Positions 1 to 13,281 of a stretch of 64,000 nt of DNA are shown here, piece by piece. A model generated the notes under the pieces. The model searched no databases, was not told where the DNA came from, and worked only from the letters and a program-made list of their open reading frames with translations. Every line of letters begins with the position of its first letter. Position 1 is the stretch's first letter. Location of the stretch: the NCBI GenBank assembly GCA_045837725.1, contig JBEWZL010000121.1, forward strand, positions 62,001 to 126,000, given 5' to 3'. Made by a program: the position numbers and the translations under genes. This DNA comes from Vermamoeba vermiformis (lineage: Eukaryota).

Positions 1-2436
1 GAACATTAGTAACGATCTTAGACGTGTCTTATTTTGACAAATTGCATTGGCCGTCAGATTTAAAAGCACGAGGAATGTGACACATTTGACACTTTGACGC
101 TTCCGAAATAATTTGGCTTTTTGACGTGTGCTCAAGCGATCAATTGGCATTTAAACTGACTTTTTTGACACTTTTGACACGTGTTACTTGCCTAACTTGA
201 GTGTGCTTGACAACGAGAATAAATCGCACAACATGAGCACGAAACAGACTGTCTCGATGGATAGATGGTCGCGCAAGTATGACTCGACTACTTGCACTAC
301 TGGCTTCTCGTCGTACATGTGGGCAATCCTAAAGTAAACGACGTTAGTTTTTCACAATTATTATTCGAACTTATAAATATTACCTTAACACGTCGCACAC
401 AATGGACTCGTCGTCGATTTGTCTGGCATTGAGGTAATAGTACTTGATGAGGAAGAACATCGCTGATTAGAACTAAGTCAGTAGGGGCAATTTAACGGCC
501 TTCAATTCGCTTACCGTCATAACTACAATTGTCTACGATGAGCTCTGCTGCATCTGACTCTTTGAATCCTCCCTGCACGACAACTGATTAGTAGCTGCTA
601 TGGTTTTAAAGGTCGGAAATGACACGTGTCAAAGTGTCAAATAGATATCGTGACGCTTGAACCTGGTCTGACGTTGAGTGAACGCGGATAGATATTTTTT
701 AACGTTGAAACTGACACGTGTCATTAAATATTTTTCACTTGTCAAAATGTCGTGCACTTACGTAATACATAGTTCTGAAATAAGCGCTGCGAGCACATAA
801 GATCATCTTGTGACAAAAGATCTCTCGTTCAGTCTTCTTCGACTCTTTGACGACGATCTTCAAGTCGCTCAAAAAGTTCAAGTTGAGAAGTCGTTCGAAC
901 TTTGGGTCAAATCCTTCAATAACGACGTTTTCTTGCTTCAATATCGGCAATAAATTAAATACTTCAAGTTTCATAATCGCTGGTTTGTATAAATCATTGC
1001 TAATGTTTTCGCTGTCCGTACCGCCGATTAGCGACATTTTTCCATATTTGGTAAATAACGTTTTGTCCAAGACGTACCGTTGAAACTTTCCAGTATAAAG
1101 ATATTTCATTATACTCAACACGGCGGGATAATTCAATGCGGATAAATCCATTTCTTTGTCGGTCTGAAAAAGCCGTTAAAAAAACTAATTTTTATTAAAG
1201 AAATTACGTACGGGTTTAATTTTCTCCATAAAACTTGGTAGTCTCGAGAATAGTACGGCCTCTATAATAAAAATATCAGTATTGAATACTCAAATCAAGC
1301 CAGCACTCACTGTGCACATAAATATTTCTATCGCCGGCTACTTTGAGTACCAGGTCCGAGTACTTCTCAACATCTAATAAATATGTTTGAATATCTTCGA
1401 CCTATTATACATATAATTGGTTATAAATATGACCAGGTAAGATACAGAAATTTCGGATTCGAACTTAAGTTTGTAACGTACTATATTTGCGTTAGCCTGC
1501 GGAATAACAATATTGCTGTGCGGAATAACTTTTTTGACCGGTTTGGCGGGCTTATTTTTCTTTTTCTTTTGCGGTTCAGCTTTCTCAGCTCGTCGTTTTC
1601 GAAGCATCCGGATGAGCTCGAATACGGCTTCATCAACGTTAATGCGAACCCTTGCTGATGTTGAAAAGAAAGGCGCTCCATATCTCTTTGCGAGTTGTTG
1701 ACCTTCTTCGAGTGAAACCATGCGATCTGAAGCAAAAATTAAATTTAGATCCTCGGAAAAAAAATTAAAAGTTACTTACCTTGTTGTAGATCGCATTTTG
1801 TTTCAATAATAACGATCGGTATTAATTGTTCGATAGTGTCTACATCTCTGGTGCGCATGACTCGTTCGATGATACGCGGGATCTCCTCAAAAGAGGATCG
1901 ATCTGTATGACTGTACGCAAGCTGCCGAAAATAATTAGTAAATATTTTAATATAATAGTATTTTGTATACAGAAAAATTTTCGATTAGCGAACTGCTTAC
2001 AATTAAACCTTGGTTTCGTAAATTCCATTGATCCGTCCATGCCGGCCGAGCATAAATCTCATCAGGATCAATACCTAACCCACTTAACTCATATATACAT
2101 AAGATACCGTCGATTTCAGATTGTTTTCGGTATGTATCTTAAAAACAAAAAATTAGAATTCAACAATTTTTAAATTGTTTTATTTTTACCTTCACCAATC
2201 GTAGGATCGTAGTACTCTATTGCAAACAAATAATTAAAATTTTTAAAAATTAAAATAAATAAATTTGGAAGCGCTGGATCAACGTTATAATGCTTAATAA
2301 ATTTAATTATTCTTTATGGTCGGCCAACATTAATTAAATTACCTACGAAGTGGTTTTGTACGTGCTGCGTTATAAAAGCCATAACGCCCACACCGCACTT
2401 GCCCTCGACGCCCAATAGCCACTCTTCCCTTTCCAT
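1..2436 (-). CDS. Ras-like (probable pseudo-GTPase) domain fused to BTB/POZ domain(s); multi-exon, 3' end runs off the window start
   Basis: Spliced translation from ATG 2436: [51 protein letters not shown]...IIETKCDLQ-DRMVSLEEGQQLAKRYGAPFFSTSARVRINVDEAVFELIR (Ras-like). BTB hallmarks follow: AVLSIMKYLYTG, FLSDLKIVV...IFCHKMILCARSAYFRTM. GT-AG introns lie between the exons. Confidence 0.82.
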
Positions 2437-2491
2437 TTACTAATTATATATAAATTTATGCCTGTTCGCTACTTCACCAACAGGATTCAAA

Positions 2492-5400
2492 TCAGTAAGC
2501 GGTTTGAACGGAGCTATCAAATATCGCGAAAGTAAATTCTACCTAAAAATAGCCGACCAATCATATTCTTCCATTTTCTAAAAATAAATTGGCTTTCATT
2601 TATAAAAATCGTAAATGACAGCTGAGCCATTTTGGTTGCCAACAAGGTATCGTGTGTTCGCAGCGATGAGTTGCGCTTGTACGTGATAAACTGCCTCCCA
2701 TTGCATTGACGGCACGTGACAAATCGTAACCAATCCCGTTCTGCTGTCTGCGAGTATCGCACGATTCATTGAACAAGACATTATGCATGTTGAGGCCTAA
2801 TATAAACATAATCACTATAGTGGACTATAATATCTTGGTTCAATTAACAAAACTTACCGTGGAATGATCAACGCGAATGAGTTTTTCCACAATTTCTGTT
2901 TCTTTGAAATCTATCAACATGTACGACCTTACATTATCACGCCAAAACAACGTAAACTCGTTAAGAAAGACAAAATGGCCAGTAGTGAAGTCGTTCTTGG
3001 TGTTAAATTGTCTTATCAACTTGCGGTTCATGTCGTAGATTTCAAAGCAGTGCTTGCGAAGGAGAATCATGTAGGTATGGTTAAACGGATTGTACACCAA
3101 GTCCTCGGAGGGAACTATCGTTGGATCGAGAATGCTTTCCGATTGAATGTCGTATATGACGCCATCTGTGGAAGAGAAATTAGCTTTTCCGAGTGTCGGT
3201 TGTGATAGCCTTATCTATGTATCATGAAAACATCGAACATTCCAAATAAAGGAATTAATAGTACTTGAGACCCCAAGGAATATTACTAACTTTCATCAAA
3301 TTTGCAGATTTGGTAACGGTTAGAAAAGTTCGCGGAAAGGTTGGCAAAAAAATTTGCGTTGATGAAAATTCTTCTGAAATTTGACAAGATATAAATTCGA
3401 ATAGTACTTACTTGGTGCTAATATTACGTTTTCATCAATTTGATACGCTTCAGTGCCGTGTTGAGATAGAGCGTCAGCTTCAGGAAAATCAAAATATTCA
3501 TGCAACCGCACCCACTCGCCATTAAAGGCCAGAATATATGTTCTAACGCGATTCTTTTGCTGCATCAATATTGGCGGACAAATCCCGTTGTAAGTTCCTC
3601 CAAGAATTCTGAGAGGGACGAAGTCTCTCAAGGAGTAGGTCTTACAAATCCAATGAATCTTTTGAGTATGACAGTCCCATAAGTACAAATCATGGCCTTT
3701 CATCAGCGCGAGCCAGTTTTCGTCCATTAACGGTGTCGCTGTGTAGCCGTCGAGGCAGATCCGGTTGAAATTTCGCTCGATCCAATTCGTCGAGGCACTG
3801 TGAGATAAAAACTATTAGCATATATTGTTAGTAGTGACTTTAAATGTTAGTATCAATCACATTGTAGGTAATGGTAACTAATGGAAGCGGTTTTTTTTTT
3901 GCGATCTGGCTCCGCATGACTAGACGAGAATTCTGTTGATTGTCTTACATTGCATCTTGTAGTATCATCGCTTTGTAATTATTAATTTTGCTGTTTGGAC
4001 GGACATTTCGTTCGTAGAACTGACGCCAAAACTTGTCGTTCTTTGTAATAATGAAACTTGTCATCGACTTTGTTGCTGTAAATAATCCTACGAGGCCTTT
4101 ACTATCTAAATAGTCTGCTATCATCCACACGATCTCCGGAATCATTTGATCGATCGGAAAATTGTCCGAAGATGGCGCGGAGTTTTGTTCATTTCTGGAT
4201 TTGTCGCTGTCGTCATCTTTCTTTTCGTTTTTATACCGATATTCATTATGTACTATTTCAAAAATATTTTTAGGTTGTTGATAGTAATATCCAGTATGGC
4301 CTTGTTGAATTGGCGGAATTTTGTCGGGCGTCATTCCGTACTTGTACAAAAGAAGAGATACGTTGCTTGATTCGAACATTGGAATTGTTCCAAAATAATT
4401 AAGCGATTGAAAATCACCGGATTTTGCGATACTAATAAAAGCCAACAAAATCTCTAAAGATTCGAACAGTTAGATCGAGTTTTTGGTTCGTTTTTTAAGT
4501 ACCTTTTGGCATTCGGTTACTATGGTTGAAATAATTTGAGACGATCAAAAACAGAGCACTTCTATCCAGCGGGTTCCTATAGGAGGAAAAATGGATTAGA
4601 CGATAGACATTAAAAGACCAGATGCTGATTTAAGACTTACACTTCTAATAACATTTGCACTATCTCCTCTGCTGAATACATCTTCAACAATGATTTCCAC
4701 ATCTTCAATATGCCTCCGTGATAAACGGCTGCATGAAGGATATTATTGCTTTTGTTTTTGCTGTCCGCATCCAGATTCGCAGGAGGAATGTATCCTTCGA
4801 TTTGGGAATCATCGATGCTTGGGAAATGCCTTAAAAAGCATCCAAAGGATAAATCTTTGCCCTCAATAAGGCCGCTGTAAATCGTTTTGAGTGGCAGTGG
4901 ATTCGTCTCATAACAGTTTTGTTGTAGAAGCCATTCAAACAATTGATACTTCTCTGAGGGTATCAAATTTTCATTCTCGTATATTGCTAGTGCAAGATTA
5001 TCATCTATAACGTTATATTAGGAACTAGTTCGAGAATTGACGCGAGATCAAGTTACCTTTAAATCTCGGCTTAAATTTTCTCACACCAAGATGATACGCT
5101 GCTTTAATATACTTCGGATTATCTATAAATAAGTCGAGAGAAATATTTTCGACGTCAACATAGGGCCTCAAAACGGCTGCTAAAGTCTCTGCTGGAACTT
5201 TTCGGAACGAGATCCGCTCTAACTGGTTATCAACCAATTCTAAGTGGCTCAAAAAATCAATAAATATTCATCTATTAATTATGGGATACAGTATTTACCG
5301 AATAGGACGTCTGGACTGATGTCAGGAAAAATAATTGAAAGATGCGAGAGAAATTTGGCAATATTATCGTCCTATAGATCAAATTTCTGTCAGATAATAT

Positions 5401-5509
5401 TACTTATATTTTGCGAGAGATTTCCTGCGTCAAAACAGCATACTTGGGCTCGATCAACTTGCGCATCCGTTACAGTCTTCAACTGCTGAAGGCTTAACGT
5501 ACCGGACAT
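2492..5509 (-). CDS. Multi-exon protein: unknown/ankyrin-like N-terminal half, internal F-box, C-terminal beta-rich (propeller-like) region
   Basis: ATG 5509 (MSGTLSLQQ...), exons matching ORFs 5025-5252, 4637-4966 (NNILHAAVYHG), 3945-4448 (F-box-like IDQMIPEIVWMIADYLDSKGLVGLFTATKSM...FWRQFY), 3320-3727 and 2840-3100; stop TGA at 2492-2494. Confidence 0.6.
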
Positions 5510-5793
5510 TCTATTGCATTACTCGATCGCCTTCTTCAATACAAAAAGCTTGAAAGTTAAAAGATTTGTGGTTATGTCCTTTATGAGCCAAATGAGACCT
5601 GAACGGGACATAACGGCTAAATCAGGAATTGCGGGAATTCTACAACATTGCAAAGAAAGCATGTCATTACGATTGAATTTTGACCGTCAAATTATCCTAC
5701 GAAAATAAACGAGCTGTTCTTATAAGTAGTGTCTTATAAACAAATTTTAATGTCGAGAAGACAAGATCTAGATCCGCTGAGGTTGGATTTCCT

Positions 5794-7937
5794 TTAATGC
5801 TCGAGAAATGCATTGACGTAGTCTTGTACTTCGCTGCACTCTTTCATCGCAGGGCTAAATAAATAATCAGCGTTAGCCACATTTTGAGTTTGTCAAAGTC
5901 TAGACTGACGTACCATTCACTAATAGCCTCTTTGTACTGGTTCAAATCGACAGTGAATTCTTCCACGAAATTTCGTATCATTTGCAGATCACGTGACTCA
6001 ACGACGTAATAAAGCACGTTGCTAAAGTCAAAGTCTTGCAGTAACTTTTTCACCTCTTCTTGCGTCTCTTTTGACGCCTTGTAATATAGATCATGCAAAT
6101 AAGCACGATAATGTTGAGGATTTGCGCGCATTATTTCATAAATTGTTGCTGCTGCTAATTTTGTCGGGCTTCGCAATGTCACGTACGCAACAACTGGATG
6201 TGACACGCCAAAAGCTTCGTGCATGATTTCTCCTTTCTTTCCCTATACAATAATGATGCTATTAGCTTAAGTAGTTTACTGTTACAAGATTAGCTAATTC
6301 AGCGAATGTGGATCTGATCCGTTTTTTGTTTCGGTTTCAAGTACCACAGTTTTTGAAATAACTTTACGAATTTTGAAAATTACGATTATTTTTTGAATGT
6401 TATTGTGTACCTTTGTTGCACAAGTCAATCCCTGGGATATCAAATAGTCCAATATCGCTTTGCGGTTATGTACATCCAGTGCCAGGAAAGTTTCGTTATC
6501 CAAAAAGAACGGGAAATAGTCAGGCAAATAAATAGTCATGTGCATCTTTTTGTGAGTTTCTATCGTTCTTGTATAAAATTGCAATTCTTTTTCGAGGGAA
6601 GTTATTCCGCTGTCAATCAGGAATTTGATAGTGTCAAATGCTTCTCGGTAACAAGCATAGGCGAATGGCGTCTAAATAAATTAAGTAATTATATATATAA
6701 TATAAATTATAACTTTTAAAAAGAATTCGAAATAATTGGACTGAATTACGTAGGAATTGCAAAACTTAAACTTACGTAGTGGAGAGCTCTATAGTATTCA
6801 TAAGGCAATCCATTCTTATAATAAGCTTCTTTAAACAATTCGAGGTGCGGAACTAAAACGAACAGATCTCGCACGACCAATTCAATCCCGAACTTTTTCT
6901 CCATATAAGTTTCTAGAGTGGTGAATGTTTGCATCAATTCTTGAACATCCTTTTGCCCTATATTGTTCGAGAAGCAGAGAATCAGTTTCTAAAAAAGGAA
7001 ATTAGTAAAAACTTGTCAACAGATCCGCGATAGAAATTTGTCGTGCCTTTAGTTTCGGAAGTCCTTTTGGTACGTTATCCAAAAAAGTATATATACTGTC
7101 ACTATTGTATTCGCAAGTAGTACGTAATATCTCTGTATTTTCACGGGCGAATTCGAAGGACCAGTCTGGAGGATAAACCATAACCGGGAACACCAGGGGT
7201 ATGCTGAATATTCTCACTTTTGGAAATTTCTTGCGGAATGTTACAATAGGGAATTGCCACCAATTTAGGTCTATAAAAATGGGTTGGTTTTTTAGATCCG
7301 CATCTAATAAAAAAAATAAAATGAACTTACAAACGATGGAGAGTTGTTCGATATCAAAAGGCTCCGACTCAGTCAAAATCAATTGCTCTACAGCGAGACT
7401 TAATGTAAGCCATTTTAGTTGTTTTGAAGCGGCTATGACAGCCGGCCAAGGTCTGTCAGTGGTGCACGCAGCTTCGAAGCAATATACTTCGAGGCCAGTG
7501 ACTTGATACGTTGAAACTATATTATGGATCATGCTCGTTTTGGTGCGATGTCCGAGTTTGAGCGTAGTATCGTTGATTATAAAACACTTGTTTTGAGATT
7601 GGGACGTTTGACATAAACGTCTAAAAAGTACAATTAAAATCCAAAAAATCGTGAAAATAATCCATTAAATTAACGTAGTATTAAACTGATGAGAGATAGT
7701 TCTTAACAGGATAACATAATTATTGATTTAATTTTAGATCGCAAAATCAGCCTCCTACAGTAGTATGAAGGGCCAACAAAGACGTAAAAAATATTAATAT
7801 ATTTGATACATTTATATAATTGATATAACTTACTTCCATTCCTTGCATACGAGCACTACAGAATTAAGCCAATCCACAAACGGAACTCGATCCAAAATCT
7901 CTTGGATGAGTTCACTTGGTAGGCACTTGAGGTCCAT
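5794..7937 (-). CDS. F-box protein with LRR-like middle and short ankyrin-like C-terminus (paralog of 13282-17801)
   Basis: First exon MDLKCLPSELIQEILDRVPFVDWLNSVVLVCKEWK is a typical F-box. VRDLFVLVPHLELFKEAYYKNGLPYEYY matches CRDLYLLVHNINLFAKSFQLQDLPYSYY in the paralog. Stop TAA at 5794-5796. Confidence 0.75.
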
Positions 7938-8104
7938 GATAATATAATGATGATTTAAATCAAAATAATAAATTCAAAATTTATTTTGTAATTGTGCTAT
8001 TCTACGGGTCCTGTTCTGCCTTTTTTCTGTAGACGTCGTCTGTTTTAGCTAAAACAACATAGGGCCAGAACTGCAGTTATGGACCTATAAAGCATTGTTT
8101 ATTT

Positions 8105-10209
8105 TTAATACACAGTTACGCTGTCAAATACTTCGCCTTTGTCGTTTACAGCACGCAAAGTAATGTTCGTTCTGCCGACCGTTACGTGCACGAAATTTCG
8201 CGTGCCAACAGCATTAGCAAGGTACCAGTAATCTCCAGGCTTATCTGGCTTGACGCCCCATCCTCCATCACCAATATACAATGTGCCTGTAGCATCTTCT
8301 TTGCCCTCACGAATCAATTTTGTTCGTTTGTACAGGTGCGAATGATTTTCAAAGCCAACCGTCAAATTGTATCTGAAAATAAAAAAATATATTAATTTAT
8401 ATTTATGTTGCATTTAATATTGCCTATATAATTTAGGGCCGTTTCCATAAAAAGAAATTAAATAGGATTACTTACTGATTGAAAACGGGTTCCCAAGCCT
8501 CACGTACAGCCACCGAACTTGAACTTTCGCGCTTCTCACCAGTGTACAATGGAGCGTGATAAATCGCCGAAGTGAAGCGAATGTTCGATGGAAGAGTTGA
8601 TAGGTGTGCTGTCATCCACGGCACTTGCGACTGCGGCGATGAAATGATTTGGCTATCGAGGGCCATCATAAATAAATTGCCCAAGTAATATGCGTGGAAG
8701 AACGTGGCATTCCCCTATCACAAAAAAAATGTTAGAACTTAGCCCGACTGAGATGTCGCGGATGACACGTGTCAAATTAAAGAGCACTTACATTAGTATC
8801 AAAATAATGCTGGTAAAACTTCATGTTGTTGAGGTTTGATTTGAAAGTACCAGCCTCGTGATTTCCGATGGCTGGCAACAAAGGCACCGTGTAGCCCGAT
8901 GGTGTCACCATTGCCTCTTGCCAGTAGCTTAACCACTTATCAACACGTGGGTAGCAGCCAATATATCCGTTATCATAAGTCAAATCTCCGCCAATCGCTG
9001 CAAAGTATGGCTCGTACGAAGCGGCACTTTTGAACATCTGAAAATACGTTAGAAATGATTCATACGCGATACAATTAGGTCTGTATACTAAGCTTGAGTC
9101 CTAATATCACTTACATCCTTAACTATGCGTGAAGCTCCATTATCACCACCGGCAACAAAGCTGAATTCCGCGTCCATCGGTATAGTTCGGAACTTGATTT
9201 CTTCAGAAAAAGAGTTCAAATTTGATTGATCACCGACTGAGAGATAGTAGGTAGTGCCAGGACTTAAATTGGTCAATTCGGCCGTGTATAGATATCTCGG
9301 ATATTCATGAATGTCAGGTGTAGATCGTGGATGCGCATCCAAAACTGTATCATTGCCCTTAACGTCCAAAATTAATATGACTAACAATATACATTGCACA
9401 CACTTACATCTTTCATAGGCGTCGTGCTTATTTTAACTATTGGTTTGGTGTATTCGATGCCAGTGTGGATGAAGACTTTAAACGAAGTTGATCCATTTGT
9501 TCCGACAGTTAAGTAAACGAAACAAGGATCATCACGATCTAAATAAATATTATGATAAGCACAAATTGAATATTAAGATATTTTTCTCTTTGAAAGCTAG
9601 ATCAAGGATGCGCGATCGACTTACCGCTGCAGGGATCGTCATAAAATAAGCGAGTGAATCGCGTTGAAATTGTATCCGGTTCTGTAGCAATGCAAATATC
9701 CGAAGTTCCCCAAAATGAAGCAGCGTAAAAGCCAGTTAACACGACAAGAACCACAATCTGCCATGGACGGAGTTAATTTTGAGCGTTAGTAGTTGAAAAT
9801 CGTTATTAATTACCTGTGCCCAATGGAAAGCGGATTGCTTCTTAATGGCAAAGCTTTCTTCGGGATCCATAAAGTATTCAGATTCGGCGGCATCTCCTAA
9901 CTCATACAAGCCGTCTTTTTTTGTCTTCTTTTGCAAGTATTTGAGCCACAATAAATACAACGGAATATGAACTACGGCTACGATGGCAAATGTCCACATC
10001 CAAGAGAGATAAGAAAATACAGACAGTATGGAGATCGTGCCCGTGAGTGAAATTGTGAATAAAATAAATATAATTCGTATAATCCACATTGGGCATTTTT
10101 TAACGAATTTTGCGCGCAATACAATAAATAAAACGAGAAGAAAAACCGTAACGCTCGCCAAATACGGCGTTGGCTTAATTAGTTCTCGTTCTACGTATGT
10201 TTGCCCCAT
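8105..10209 (-). CDS. Membrane-anchored purple acid phosphatase-like metallophosphoesterase (N-terminal TM helices, FN3-like PAP-N domain, catalytic domain)
   Basis: Motifs AGGDNG, GGDLTYDNG, IGNHE, IYHAPLY, FENHSH and YIGDGGWG; AELTNLSPGTTYYLSVG (PAP N-domain). About 4 hydrophobic segments lie in exon 1 and the start of exon 2. Confidence 0.87.
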
Positions 10210-10428
10210 GTCGTAAATATCCACACTAAAAATACATGCAAGTGGTACTATTGCTACCACCGTAAAAATTTAGGAATGCGAAAAATCGTTCCCAAATTTA
10301 GCATCCAGATCGCGGGCAGAATTTTCTCGCAAAATAACTCGTGACTCCAAAATGTCCGATAGATGTAGCCTACAACCACGAATATCAATATCAAAATTTG
10401 ACGAGTGAAAATGAAAAGGTTTAATGCC

Positions 10429-13083
10429 TCAGTAGTCCGCGCTAGGAAATTTCCATAGTCGAACAGTGCCGTCACCAGCGCCGTTCACGAGTGTTCCATC
10501 GGGCAATACAGTCAACGAGCACACATCGCCAGAAGGGGCATTCTACAATAACAAATAATGAGATATTTGTACTTCGATAAAAGTGTATATAAAGTGCTGA
10601 TTACCTGCAACACGTTGATGCAACTCGGAGTTTCTTTGCTAATATCCCATAATCTGAGCGTAGAGTCCGACGAGCCCGAAGCAACCACGTGATCGTTAAC
10701 GACGTAACCGCAAAGGATGCTGTCCGTATGACCCTACATCATGACATTAAGCACGTGTTCTAATCCAACTCGTGCCGATATTACGTACCTCTAAGGTATG
10801 CAAACACTTCATAGTATTCAAGTCCCAAATCTTCAATGTCGTGTCGTCGGATCCGCTCAGCAAGTTACCGTCCGGCAATAAAAGCAAAGTATTCACGGAG
10901 CTTTTGTGGGCCTACATATTGCCAAAGATGTTAATACTGTATTAAACGAGTAAATGCACGTGCAAAGGATGTGTAATTACCTCAAGGACGCTCAAGCATT
11001 TGCCCGAGGTCGTGTCCCAGAATCGAATCGTCTTGTCAAATGAAGCTGACACGAGACGACTGTCAGGCAAACTAATGATCGCTTCGACAGTGTTAGAGTG
11101 TTTCTTTAGTGTTCTCAAGCATTGGTTACTAAAGCCAGAGTGTTAGTATTTGCAAAAATGTTACGCGGGGAGGTAGCTTACGTTTCGATGTCCCATAGCC
11201 TGATAGTCTTATCGAAGGAACTGCTCGCAAGTGTTTTTCTATCGCGCATGACGAGCACACATAAGACACTGCTAGCATGGCCTAAAAAACGATCATTGTT
11301 AGACATTTGACACGTGTCAAAGTCATCGTGTGACACGCACCTTCCATCGTTTGCAAACAATCTCCCGAATCAGATTCCCAAATCTTGATCGTGCTATCGT
11401 CAGAGCCACTCACTATCAACTCACTATAAGCAACGTTAATATTACTGCTATTAATCTAAGGTAAGACTAGTGCTTCAAACTCACCTTCTCTGGAGGTCGT
11501 CGAGCATGACTAACGAACAAATGCCAGATTTGTGACCAGTGAATGAATCGATTTTTTCTCGACGCGAGATATCCCACAAATTAATATTGGCATCCCACGA
11601 GCCCGTGATGAGATTTCCTAAAAAGGCAAAATGTCAGCAATGAAACGTTCGTAGTATATTTCTGTATACCTTCGTTAACTGAAACTGTCATTGAAATTAC
11701 ACCGTCTTCATGCTCTTTTAATTCTATTAGCTCGTCAATAGCCGCGGAATAATCCACATTATTTTTGGTGCTATTCTTGTTATATTTGTAATAGTTCGAT
11801 GTCTTTTCAACGATCAGATCTTCTTTAGGAATATCCGTTAATGCGCGTATTTGCAGTAATTTTCTCTGCAAAGTAAATAATTGGTCTTTATAATTTCGTA
11901 TTTCGTCTTTCAGATCTTGATTTTCTTGAACGAGCGTTTGAAACTCTTTGAGACTATGCTCTTGATATTGAATATTCGCCTCCATACTTTCATTCGCTTC
12001 TTGTTGCGCATTTTCATCAAAAACTAAAATCGCATCCATTAATTAACCAGTACAAAAAATACCAAAAAAGGCAAGTGTCAAAATTAAATTTTAATTTACT
12101 TAGTAATGCTAATGAAACGTACCTTTATCTTCATACGTCTTAAGAGCCTTTTGTAATAGCTGATTTTCTAATTGATCCAATTCTCGCTTAATTAGCAGTC
12201 GAATAAATTTGCTAATGTTGGCCCCGGTCTCTTTATCTTTGTTATCGAGTTGCAATTGGTTCAAAATCTCCTCAGCTGTATTTCATATGTTATTATAGCG
12301 TTGTTATATTTAACTATTGAAATTACCTTTGTTTGTTCGAGAACTATCGACATCCAGATCGCGCGGAGTTGGCTAAAAATAATGATCAATAAAACGATTC
12401 CATTAAATTGGTTATTACTATAAATTGTATCCATATAATGTATATTATATTTACGTACCACTTCGCTCTTGCTCAAGCTCGATCCAGAATTATTGTTTTC
12501 TTTGAATACAATAGTCATTCTTCTAGAAAGTCCGCGATCGTGACTCGTGCTCGTGGATTGAGTTGTTTCGGATTTTATGTTGGTCATAATACTACTGCGG
12601 CGACGGAGTCGTTTCACTGGAAAATAAAATTAGATCTGACATTTTAAATTGAAACAAAAATAGGATATTTTAATAGCAAGGATTATAGATATTTGCCGAA
12701 GCATTAATAACCGTTTTATAGGTAGGTATAATAATCAACGGATTATTAAATTAAAATTCTAAATTTCTCTTCAGATAATCTTTTGATATCTTCTAAATTC
12801 AATACTCACTCGCGGCAGCTGCATTTTCTTTATCTTTAGCTAATTTTGTAATGGCGGCAGTCCAATCAAAATTATACAAAGAGCGGGCATTGTAGATGTG
12901 TTCTAAAATATTGAACAGATCGAATCTAGAGCAATGCTTCTTGAATAATTCGGTGTCTTGAATAGACCTAATAGCGAATATAGAGTCCTCTAAGAAGCAA
13001 CATTCTTTTACGGCCGTGAAGATCTCTTTGAACTCTTTTTCGATCAACTCTCGTTGGGCTTGGTTCAAGAACTTGGAGGTCAT
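10429..13083 (-). CDS. Coiled-coil plus 7-bladed WD40-repeat protein
   Basis: Seven xH...SGSxDxTIxxW(D/E/K)-type repeats across exons (e.g. GHASSVLCVLVMRDRKTLASSSFDKTIRLWD, GHTDSILCGYVVNDHVVASGSSDSTLRLWD), preceded by a heptad-rich segment. Stop TGA at 10429-10431; the N-terminal exons are less certain. Confidence 0.82.
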
Positions 13084-13281
13084 GAATAAGAGGATAATAA
13101 GGGTCTAATAAATAAATAAATAAATATGAATATAATACAGCAACAAAATCTATTGTTGTTATTTACAGGGCAACTGAAGAAAAAATAAAATCACAAAAAA
13201 ATCGTTTTAAATCGACCAAAAACCGATTAATTAAACATAGAACATTGCTAAAATGCTATTATAAAAATACGCATACGATAG

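Noticed and set aside
5509-5796. One giant double-F-box gene spanning 7937-2492
   Set aside because: The upstream gene ends in TAA at 5794-5796, and a separate ATG-initiated exon starts at 5509.
10209-10431. Fusion of the WD40 gene with the downstream phosphatase
   Set aside because: The last WD40 exon ends in an in-frame TGA at 10429-10431, and the phosphatase has its own ATG.
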